Translations under genes and position numbers: made by a program
Shown: positions 1-8,024 of the stretch, in pieces
Layout of the letters: each line of letters opens with the position of its first letter
How positions within the stretch are numbered: the first letter of the stretch is position 1
Source: an uncultured bacterium
GTDB taxonomy: Bacteria > Patescibacteriota > Dojkabacteria > J137
Direction of reading: 5' to 3'
Length of the DNA: 64,000 nucleotides
Assembly (NCBI GenBank): GCA_963700155.1
Contig: OY969472.1
Coordinates: forward strand, 808,690 to 872,689
Notes under the pieces: model-generated
Database searches by the model: none
Told to the model about the DNA's origin: nothing
Seen by the model: the letters and a program-made list of their open reading frames with translations, nothing else

Positions 1-247
1 AAGCTCTTTCAGATTCTGAATTTAAAAGTTCATTAGCACTACTGTATTTATAGTTAATTTCTTGAATAATGTCATTTAATGAAGTTTCTGTAGAGTTTCC
101 ATATTCACCAACAAGATATTGTTGAAGTAAAGTTATATCTCTATTTACATTAATCTCTGTAGCATTAGCTGGTGGATTATCCAAATCTCTAGAAGGAATT
201 AAAGGGGCTGGAATTGGTTGTACAACATAAACATCAGGAAAGTTCAT
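1..247 (-). CDS. hypothetical protein, N-terminal part only (gene continues past the window start)
   Basis: Reverse-strand ATG at 245-247 opens an ORF (MNFPDVYVVQPIPAPL...) that runs off the left edge. It is adjacent to the stop of the 250..507 ORF, so probably the same operon. Confidence 0.35.
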   Translation of the reverse strand, partial: MNFPDVYVVQPIPAPLIPSRDLDNPPANATEINVNRDITLLQQYLVGEYGNSTETSLNDIIQEINYKYSSANELLNSESERA

Positions 248-249
248 TA

Positions 250-507
250 TTAATATCCAGAATTATTTTTATCATCAATTTTTCTATTTAAAGATTTAAT
301 TTTATTTTTCTGCTCATTCCAGAATCGTTTTTCAGATTCGTTTTGATTTTCAATTTTATTAGCAATTTCACTCTTAATTCTATTTATTTCTGCTACAAAT
401 GACTTCATATCTTCAGGATTCCCACCGCTTATATTAAAACTGTTTATTCTGCTATCAGCTTGAGTTAATAATTGTGCAATTTCCGAATCCATCTGCATAG
501 ATAACAA
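250..507 (-). CDS. hypothetical coiled-coil protein (85 aa)
   Basis: ORF track. Lys/Glu-rich helical sequence with no recognisable motif. Confidence 0.4.
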   Translation of the reverse strand: MLSMQMDSEIAQLLTQADSRINSFNISGGNPEDMKSFVAEINRIKSEIANKIENQNESEKRFWNEQKNKIKSLNRKIDDKNNSGY

Positions 508-582
508 ATTAATAATTATACAAATATTTTAAGAAAATAGTCAGGTGATTTAGTTTATAAAGTGTAAGAATTTTGTAAAGAA

Positions 583-2481
583 TTAAACTAAAGCAGCTTT
601 GATTCTTCTAATACCTGCTCCGGAACTTTCTTGTTTTAGAATTTTAAATTTCTTTCCAGCTTCTGCTAATTCGGAAGTGTTTTGCACATGAGGTCCTCCG
701 CAGAATTCTTTCGAGAAATAGTCTGGATCATTTCCTATCAAATAAACTGAAACAACATCAGGGTATTTTGCTCCAAATTCCATTTGTGCACCTATTTTCT
801 CTGCTTCTTCTTTTGGCATTTCTTTTCGAACTACTGGAAGAGCTTCTTGAATTTTTTGATTAACAAGATCTTCAACTTGATTTATTTCATCATCTTCTAG
901 CTTTCTATTCAGATTAAAATCTACTCTTAATCTTTCAGCTGTAATGTTGCTTCCTTTTTGTTTGATGTTTGGGTCAACTATCTTCTGTAAAGCAGCTAAT
1001 AATAAATGATGAGCTGTATGTAACTTTGTTGTTTCTTTTGATTGATCTGCTAATCCACCTTTAAATTTCTGCTCTGCTCCAACTCTGGATTGTTCTCTGT
1101 GGGATTCTTCTTGTGAATAAAATTCTTTTGTAATTTGTTCAATTTTATCTTCTGGAAGATTTAATTCATCTAATATTAATTCTAAAGGAAATCCATAAGT
1201 TTCATAAATGAAAAATGCGATTTTGCCATCTATTTCCTGATCCTTTGATATTCTTTCTAACTCTTTTAACCCTTTGTCCAAAGTTCTTCTAAATTTAATT
1301 TCTTCTTTCTCAATTTCATCAACGATAAATGATTGATTTGCTTCAAGATGTGGATAGGCGTCTTTCATTTTCTCTATAACTGCTATTGCAAGATCTTTGG
1401 TGAAGTCCTGGGTTATTCCGAGTTTTAGTCCGAATCGAACTAATCTTCTAATAAATCTTCGTAAAATGTAACCTTGGTCTTTGTTTGAAGGTGCTACTCC
1501 ATCTGCCAAAATGAAAGACGCCGCACGAGCATGATCAGCCAGGATTCTGAAATATTTAGTGTCCTCACTTTCTTTACCATTTATTTTGTATTGCTTATCT
1601 GCTATTTCTTCAATTTTTTTTATTATAGGTTCGTAAATATCGCTTTCAAAAATATCATTTTTCCCTTGAATAATAAATAATACTCTTTCAAACCCACCTC
1701 CGAAATCGATATTTTTTTGTTCTAATGTCTGCCACTTCATATCTTCATCTAGCTTATATTCCATAAAAACATTATTACCAATTTCGATAAATCTTCCCGA
1801 ATCATCGTTAATGTGATATTTTTCTTGTTCCTGAGTAATTTCCCCCATATCATAAAATATTTCTGATGTTGGGCCTCCAAGTTCACCAACTGCATGAGCT
1901 CTTTCCCACCAGTTTTTCTTTTTCTCATATGGAAATATTCTATATTTCCAATTCTCTCCTTCAGATAGATCATGCGGAATTTTCGTGACGTCGTCCGAAA
2001 ATTCCGCTTCAATTTCATATTTTTTGAAAGCATTCTTCCATGTTTCAATAGCTAATTCATCTCTAGGTGCATCTTCATCACCTTTAAATACTGTTACATA
2101 AATTCTTTTTGGATCTAATCCAAATCTTTCAACCATTAACTCTAATATCCATGGAATTTGCTGTTCTTTTGTAAAATCACCTAAACTCCAATCTCCCATC
2201 ATTTCGAACATTAATGTGTGTCTATTATCTCCAATTTCTAACATTTCATCATAATTTGTTCTAAGGCATCTTTGAAAGTTGCAAAGTCTTTTCCCTAATG
2301 GATGTGGTTCACCTTGTAAATATGGAACTAATGGAAACATTCCTGAGTTAACATACAGCAAGGTTGAGTCTGCATTTGGTACAAGAGACATGTTTGGAAT
2401 AACTTTGAAATTTCTTGGTTCTTCTGTCCAAAATTTTATAAAGTCTTGTCGTATATCTTCTGATGTTTTCATATTAGTCAA
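583..2481 (-). CDS. alaS: alanyl-tRNA synthetase, compact form (catalytic + tRNA-binding + editing domains, no C-Ala domain)
   Basis: N-terminal class II AlaRS catalytic core (…NSGMFPLVPYL…, HTLMFEMMGDWSLGDF). Editing-domain motifs HTAHHLL and CGGPHV…GIRRI near the C-terminus. 632 aa versus about 870 aa for typical bacterial AlaRS. Confidence 0.85.
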   Translation of the reverse strand: MTNMKTSEDIRQDFIKFWTEEPRNFKVIPNMSLVPNADSTLLYVNSGMFPLVPYLQGEPHPLGKRLCNFQRCLRTNYDEMLEIGDNRHTLMFEMMGDWSLGDFTKEQQIPWILELMVERFGLDPKRIYVTVFKGDEDAPRDELAIETWKNAFKKYEIEAEFSDDVTKIPHDLSEGENWKYRIFPYEKKKNWWERAHAVGELGGPTSEIFYDMGEITQEQEKYHINDDSGRFIEIGNNVFMEYKLDEDMKWQTLEQKNIDFGGGFERVLFIIQGKNDIFESDIYEPIIKKIEEIADKQYKINGKESEDTKYFRILADHARAASFILADGVAPSNKDQGYILRRFIRRLVRFGLKLGITQDFTKDLAIAVIEKMKDAYPHLEANQSFIVDEIEKEEIKFRRTLDKGLKELERISKDQEIDGKIAFFIYETYGFPLELILDELNLPEDKIEQITKEFYSQEESHREQSRVGAEQKFKGGLADQSKETTKLHTAHHLLLAALQKIVDPNIKQKGSNITAERLRVDFNLNRKLEDDEINQVEDLVNQKIQEALPVVRKEMPKEEAEKIGAQMEFGAKYPDVVSVYLIGNDPDYFSKEFCGGPHVQNTSELAEAGKKFKILKQESSGAGIRRIKAALV

Positions 2482-3086
2482 AGATCTAAAATAATAAACT
2501 CATCGTTCTTTATTGTTTTTACTCTGTATTTAGTGTGTTCTTCGTATTTATTAAAATTTTCTTGTTCAGATTCTACATAATGAGGATAAACTTCAAAGTC
2601 TATTAAACTAAGTCCGGTTAGATTTGTTATACCTACAGTATTTTCATCAGTTTTGTTATTATAATTTAATGCTCCAGAAATTTTTATAGTGGGTGACATA
2701 ATAATTGCTCCAGCACTGAATCCGCCGAAAACGAAAGATCTTTTTTTTGTAAATTCTTTTATAGCTTGGAATAATCCAGATTGGTATAAATTATCTAATA
2801 ATATAAAAGTATTTCCACCTGTCACCATTAAAATATTAGCTGTAAGTAAGTTTTGTATTGCTTTTTTAGCTTCAACTCCTCTTTTTGTATTATCAATATA
2901 AATAAATTTAGCATTATTTTTCTCAACATAGTTTTCCCAGTAAGGTAGGTATTTATCATTATCAGCATGTCCGTTTGAAGGCATATAAGCGAAAATTTTA
3001 TTACTAAATTCATCTGGAAATAATTTAGACTTTATTTTTTCTAAAATATCTTCTGAAGGTTCAGAAAAAAGTATTAATCTCTTCAT
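2478..3086 (-). CDS. peptidase S51 family (dipeptidase E-like)
   Basis: MKRLILFSEPSED… and GGNTFILL…GFSAGA (Ser nucleophile context) are typical of PepE/S51. A 4-bp overlap with the alaS stop indicates an operon. Confidence 0.65.
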   Translation of the reverse strand: MKRLILFSEPSEDILEKIKSKLFPDEFSNKIFAYMPSNGHADNDKYLPYWENYVEKNNAKFIYIDNTKRGVEAKKAIQNLLTANILMVTGGNTFILLDNLYQSGLFQAIKEFTKKRSFVFGGFSAGAIIMSPTIKISGALNYNNKTDENTVGITNLTGLSLIDFEVYPHYVESEQENFNKYEEHTKYRVKTIKNDEFIILDL

Positions 3087-3088
3087 AG

Positions 3089-3556
3089 TTAATTTAAATC
3101 TTTATGTAAATCAATATATTCTTCGATGGCTCTAAAACCTCTATTTTCATGAAATTTTAGAGACATATCATTCTTTGTATAAACAGATGCAAATACTCCA
3201 ACTGCACCTTTCTCTTTAAAATTATTTTCAATATCATCTTCTAATTTTGTACCAATGCCTTTGTTTCTATATTTTTCATTAACAAACAATTCTTCAATTT
3301 TCCCATGCAGTTTTCCATCATAATCATAAGTGAATGTTTTTCCTGCAATATAACCAACTATTTCATCATTTTCTATTGCAATCAGAATTATGTAGTCATT
3401 CTTTATCAAGTTTTCAATGTGAGCTACATATTTTTGCAAACCAGGCATATCCCATTTGTCAAAAATCTTTACTTCTTTTTTATAATATTCATCTAGACCT
3501 TTTGCCAGAGTTGCAATCGCTACAATTTCATTTTTACTAGCTTTTCTAATGATCAT
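3089..3556 (-). CDS. GNAT family N-acetyltransferase
   Basis: 155 aa with the acetyl-CoA-binding signature …NEKYRNKGIGTKL… (Q/RxxGxG/A-like) and a GNAT-fold-sized protein. Confidence 0.65.
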   Translation of the reverse strand: MIIRKASKNEIVAIATLAKGLDEYYKKEVKIFDKWDMPGLQKYVAHIENLIKNDYIILIAIENDEIVGYIAGKTFTYDYDGKLHGKIEELFVNEKYRNKGIGTKLEDDIENNFKEKGAVGVFASVYTKNDMSLKFHENRGFRAIEEYIDLHKDLN

Positions 3557-3703
3557 TAATTTTTTTATTCAATAATAACAATGAAAATTATAGCAGGTTA
3601 GAAAAATAGAGACTAGTAAGTCGGAAAATATATTTATAATGACAGAACTTTGTAAGAAAAATTAAATATAAAGATAACTGGCTTAGCGATACTACTTTTA
3701 TTT

Positions 3704-3767
3704 ACAATAGATAGAAAGCACTAAAAGTGCACATTTTAGTGCAGATAATGTGCTTTCTATCTATTGT
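3704..3767. repeat. perfect 18-bp inverted repeat (acaatagatagaaagcac / gtgctttctatctattgt) flanking a nested palindrome centred on GTGCAC
   Basis: Arms at 3704-3721 and 3750-3767 are exact reverse complements. The 28-nt spacer contains cactaaaa-gtgcac-a-ttttagtg. It sits in a divergent promoter region between the GNAT gene and the RHH-like ORF. Confidence 0.8.
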
Positions 3768-3814
3768 TTGGAAATAGGATAGTCGTATCTAAAATAAATA
3801 TTAAAATTATTGTT

Positions 3815-4084
3815 ATGACAACGATCCCAAGATTTGAAAATCCTATCAGAAAAAATATCGTAATGTCAGAAAGAATGTATGAAGAATCATTGAAATTAGC
3901 TCGAGAAGAAGGAGTAAAATATACCCAGTATGTAAGAAATCTTATAAGAGACGATATTAAAAGAAAAAAGTATCCTCCAGAAATTCCTGAAGATATGAGT
4001 GAAGAAATGAGGAACTATACTTTTGCTACAAATAAAAGAGCAGAATTAATAAAAATTATGAGAGAAATGAGAAGGTTATTATAA
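3815..4084 (+). CDS. small ribbon-helix-helix (CopG/ParD-like) protein; true start probably ATG 3815 or 3863 (track start 3764 is a TTG inside the palindrome)
   Basis: The C-terminal 73 aa (MSERMYEESLKLAREEGVKYTQYVRNLIRDDI…) resemble RHH DNA-binding proteins. A large palindrome lies upstream. Confidence 0.4.
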   Translation: MTTIPRFENPIRKNIVMSERMYEESLKLAREEGVKYTQYVRNLIRDDIKRKKYPPEIPEDMSEEMRNYTFATNKRAELIKIMREMRRLL

Positions 4085-4092
4085 AGGTTTGC

Positions 4093-4740
4093 TTAGTCTT
4101 TGATTTCAGTTACCTCAATTTCAGCTTTTCTTCTTTTAAAGACTGCTTTGAAGACAAAATAAGCAATCCCAGCCAATATGGCAACAACAATCACTACTTC
4201 AAATTGCTTCATATATTCACCAAGCTTTTCCCATTCAGGTCCTAATAATGAAGAAATATATGCCAAAAGTGTACACCAGATAAAACTCCCAATGAAAGTA
4301 TAAAACCTGAATTTTACAAAATTTACTTTTAAAATCCCCAGCGGTAATGAGATAAAAGTTCGAACAATTGGAAGAAGCTGGAAAAAGAAAATCATTTTTT
4401 CACCAAATTTTTTAAACCATCCATCTACTCTTTCAAACTTTTCTTCATCAATATGAACATATTTCCCATATCTTTTTATTGCTGGATGCCCAGCTTTACT
4501 TCCTATAACATACATTATTGTCGAGCCTGTTGCGTTTCCTAATGCTCCTACTAATCCCACTAGCCATAAATTTAAATCACCTTTATAAACTAGAAATCCA
4601 GCAATACCCATAATAATTTCTGATGGAAGAGGAATACTAGCAGCTTCTATTCCCATTGCAATAAATATTCCCCCATACCCTAATGTAGATACTAATTGAA
4701 TTACCCAGACCGTGACTGCTTGTAAAATAGATGAAATCAT
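4093..4740 (-). CDS. DedA/TVP38 family membrane protein
   Basis: 215 aa with multiple TM helices and a DedA-like core (…GYGGIFIAMGIEAASIPLPSEIIM…). Confidence 0.65.
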   Translation of the reverse strand: MISSILQAVTVWVIQLVSTLGYGGIFIAMGIEAASIPLPSEIIMGIAGFLVYKGDLNLWLVGLVGALGNATGSTIMYVIGSKAGHPAIKRYGKYVHIDEEKFERVDGWFKKFGEKMIFFFQLLPIVRTFISLPLGILKVNFVKFRFYTFIGSFIWCTLLAYISSLLGPEWEKLGEYMKQFEVVIVVAILAGIAYFVFKAVFKRRKAEIEVTEIKD

Positions 4741-7298
4741 GTTTGCGGATTAACTTTGAAAATTCTTGTAACCAATATTATACCGATAAATACAATTAAA
4801 GCAATTAATCCAATCTGAGCATATATATCAACTGATAGCCTTATTACATGATAATAATCATTGAATGGGAAATAGAGGACTAAAGGAGTCCAGATAAATG
4901 ATAAAACTGCAATTCCAATCTTCTTTTTTAATGTTGAAGGTTTCAAAGTTTTTGCTAAAAGCTCCATTAAAATTGAACCACCTAATAATACAAATAATAT
5001 TATTACTATCCTATCAAGATCATTATCATATTGTGTCATAGGTAAAATTGTTTCAAAAATTCCAACCATTACCAGAACTGTAAAAATTGCCGCAGAATAA
5101 ATAAGGTTTCTTAATTTCTTTGATAACCAAATTTGATGCAAAGAATATAGTAAACTAATGATTAATATAAATATGATGATTGAAGTATTTATCTGTTCAG
5201 GACTATAAAATCTGTCTTTAAAAAAATAATAAATATATATTATTCCTGCTGTTATAGCTGCACTTTGTGGGATGGTGTTGCTAAGAACATCTCTGAAGAA
5301 TGTAACTCCATCTTGAACCTTCTGCCGTGTAAATACTATGACATAGCTTGGAGTACTACTTCCTAAGAAACTAAATATCAAAGTTGATGATGGATCTATT
5401 GGTAATGGGAGCTTCATTATAGTGAAATATAATCCAGTCATTATTGCAGCAAAAGATTTGAATAAGAATAATTTTGTTGAAAGTTTTAAATTATAAAGGA
5501 TATTTTCACCTTCGAAAAAAATCATAGGAACTTTTGAAAAATCATTATTTAAGAGCACTATATCAGCAGTGTCTCTCGCAATTTTTGAACCGTGTTCCAT
5601 TGAAATTGAAACATCTGCAGCTTTAATGCTTAGGACATCATTAATTCCATCTCCACTCATTGCAACACGTTTCCCCTTCATTTGAAGTGCTTTAATTATT
5701 GCAAGTTTATCTTCTGGTTTGGCGCGAGTGAAAACAGTTTTTGTTAAGGCTAGTTCTTCAAGGTTGTTTTCACTCGCGCTTAAGTCAACAGCTTGAGAAT
5801 CATCAATTCCAATCTTTTGTAATATTTTTTTTACTGAATTTAGACTGTCTCCAGAAATAATTTTAATTTCGAGTTCTTCTGATTTTAATTGATTTAAAAT
5901 ATCTTTTATTCCCGGGTTTAATTCTTCCTCAATGCTGAAGACTATTATATTCTTTGAAGGTTGTAGGTTCTCAAGACCAGGTTGGTCAGAAGTTTTTAAA
6001 TCTTTGTTTTTTAAGGGATTTTCACCTTCGGTGAAAATCCCTATCAGTACTCTATTCCCCTTAAGCTCTTCTTGTGTAACATAATCTCCAATATCTTTAT
6101 TTAACTTTTCATCAATTTTATCCTGTAAAACTGTATAAGCTCCGAACACTAATGTTTTATAGGTGCCTTTTACTTGAGCAGTCACCAAACTATATTTTTG
6201 TTTGGATGTAAAAGGTACCTGATCAAAATTGTCAAATTCAACTTTTTTATATTTTCCGAAATAATCATTTAATAAAGCTTGAGTTTTGTTAACCCCAACT
6301 ATTTTTTCTCTAACTGAATTGTAGAAGCCTCCAATTTCTTCTTCACCTATATTCATCAATTTAGTATCTAAAATTTTCATATTATTAGTTGTTATTGTCC
6401 CAGTTTTATCAAAGCAAATAACATTAATATTGGAAAGTTCTTCAATACTCCCCCCTTTTTGTATCAATACTCCTTTGTTATATAGTTTGGTAATTGAAAT
6501 TGTAAAAGTAAGAGTGAATAAGAAAATTAATGTTTGAGGAATTATCAAAACGATTATAGTTGTAAGGCTTAAAATTCTTGATTGAATAGTGACATCTGAA
6601 AACTGAGTTAGATAAAAATTTGCTAAGCCTAATGCAATTGAGGCGAATACTAAGAATAGTATTAACTTATCACCATTTCTTTGAAGCTTACTCTTCTTTT
6701 CTTTATATTTAAGAGCTTCTGTTCCTATCTTATTTAAATAGTTATTTTTCCCTACACTTTCAACTATATAAACACATTCTCCTGTGACAACAAAACTTCC
6801 TGCTTTAACCTCCTCATCTTTTTCTTTTTGGATATAATTAGATTCTCCTGTTAAAGCTGATTCATCAAGCTGTAAATAGTTGCTATATAAAACTTTACCA
6901 TCTGCAATTATTCCTTCTCCTTCTTTTGCATGTACATAGTCACCTTCAACAATTTCACTAATAGAAATCTCCTGCTCTTCATTTTCTCTTATTACTTTCG
7001 TTTTAATTTGAAATTGCTCCTTTAATTTATCAAGTTGTTTTTTTGCCCTAAGTTCATCAAGTGCCGAAACAACTGAGTTTACAATTGCAAATGTTCCAAA
7101 AGCTAACACTTCAGAATAAAGCTGAAAATATACGAGTGTTGCTAGTAAAGGTATTAAAACTATATTAATTAAATTGAATGTATTTCTTAATATTATTTTG
7201 AATCTTGAAGGAGTATATGCATCAATAACTTGATTAGAAAGTCCTAAACTCTTTTTTTGTTGAACTTCTGATAGAGTTAGGCCGGTGAATTCATTCAT
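4737..7298 (-). CDS. cation-transporting P-type ATPase
   Basis: DKTGTIT phosphorylation motif (CFDKTGTITTN), hinge GDGINDV (MSGDGINDVLSIKAAD) and 8-10 TM helices. No N-terminal CxxC metal-binding domain. Confidence 0.8.
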   Translation of the reverse strand: MNEFTGLTLSEVQQKKSLGLSNQVIDAYTPSRFKIILRNTFNLINIVLIPLLATLVYFQLYSEVLAFGTFAIVNSVVSALDELRAKKQLDKLKEQFQIKTKVIRENEEQEISISEIVEGDYVHAKEGEGIIADGKVLYSNYLQLDESALTGESNYIQKEKDEEVKAGSFVVTGECVYIVESVGKNNYLNKIGTEALKYKEKKSKLQRNGDKLILFLVFASIALGLANFYLTQFSDVTIQSRILSLTTIIVLIIPQTLIFLFTLTFTISITKLYNKGVLIQKGGSIEELSNINVICFDKTGTITTNNMKILDTKLMNIGEEEIGGFYNSVREKIVGVNKTQALLNDYFGKYKKVEFDNFDQVPFTSKQKYSLVTAQVKGTYKTLVFGAYTVLQDKIDEKLNKDIGDYVTQEELKGNRVLIGIFTEGENPLKNKDLKTSDQPGLENLQPSKNIIVFSIEEELNPGIKDILNQLKSEELEIKIISGDSLNSVKKILQKIGIDDSQAVDLSASENNLEELALTKTVFTRAKPEDKLAIIKALQMKGKRVAMSGDGINDVLSIKAADVSISMEHGSKIARDTADIVLLNNDFSKVPMIFFEGENILYNLKLSTKLFLFKSFAAIMTGLYFTIMKLPLPIDPSSTLIFSFLGSSTPSYVIVFTRQKVQDGVTFFRDVLSNTIPQSAAITAGIIYIYYFFKDRFYSPEQINTSIIIFILIISLLYSLHQIWLSKKLRNLIYSAAIFTVLVMVGIFETILPMTQYDNDLDRIVIILFVLLGGSILMELLAKTLKPSTLKKKIGIAVLSFIWTPLVLYFPFNDYYHVIRLSVDIYAQIGLIALIVFIGIILVTRIFKVNPQT

Positions 7299-7370
7299 CG
7301 TAAAATCAACTTTTAAATATTATGTAACGATTTGCATTATATATCTTTAATCTTTGAGAATCTAGAATTA

Positions 7371-7934
7371 CTATTTTGAATTGCGTGAATTCCAAATTGT
7401 TTCTTTAAATCCACTCTTTAAATTAATATATCTTGCTAATGTAAAGAAGTAGTCTGAAAGTCTATTAACAAAAGGTAAAATCTCACTCTCGTCTTTTAAA
7501 GATATCTCTTCAAAATAATCAACTAGTCTTCTCTCTGCCCTTCTACAAATAGCTCTGCTCAAATGGAGACTTGAAGAAATATTGCTTCCTCCAGGCAGGA
7601 TAAAATTTTGAAGTGGCTCTAATTCTTTGTCCATTTTGTCCATTCTGGACTCTAATTTTTTGGTTTGAAGCTTTAGATTCAATTTTATCCTGCCCCCAGC
7701 CAAAATTCCTCCAATTGAAAATATTATGCTTTGTGTATCTTCAAGGTCTTTTTCAATTTTTTTTAATAACTTTTGCTCAGTTTTTTCTGAGATTACTTTA
7801 TAAATTACAATTCCGAGTGAAGCATTTAGTTCATCTAAACTGCCAAGTGCGTCAATTAATTTTGAAGCTTTTGAAATTCTTTTACCGATGATTCCGGTTT
7901 GTCCTTTATCTCCTGTTTTTGTGTATATTTTCAT
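7371..7934 (-). CDS. ATP:cob(I)alamin adenosyltransferase, PduO-type
   Basis: N-terminus MKIYTKTGDKGQTGIIGKRISK…DALGSLDELNASLG matches the PduO/MMAB family signature (IYTRTGDxGxT…DELN). Confidence 0.8.
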   Translation of the reverse strand: MKIYTKTGDKGQTGIIGKRISKASKLIDALGSLDELNASLGIVIYKVISEKTEQKLLKKIEKDLEDTQSIIFSIGGILAGGRIKLNLKLQTKKLESRMDKMDKELEPLQNFILPGGSNISSSLHLSRAICRRAERRLVDYFEEISLKDESEILPFVNRLSDYFFTLARYINLKSGFKETIWNSRNSK

Positions 7935-7993
7935 AATTAATTTATATCATATTTATGGTTTTAAACCTATATTCATGAATTTTAGAATTCGAG

Positions 7994-8024
7994 TGTTGCA
8001 GTGTCGGATATGTTCTTATATACT
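7994..8024 (+). promoter_or_regulatory. candidate sigma70-like promoter TTGCAG-17-TATACT upstream of the 893-aa membrane protein gene
   Basis: TTGCAG at 7994-7999 and TATACT at about 8017-8022 with 17-bp spacing. This would give a very short or leaderless 5'UTR if translation starts at ATG 8034. Confidence 0.3.

Noticed and set aside
1749-2048. 99-aa ORF on the - strand fully inside the alaS coding region
   Set aside because: It is embedded in another frame of a well-supported, conserved gene (AlaRS). Lys/Arg-rich low-complexity translations like this are typical of AT-rich frame artefacts.
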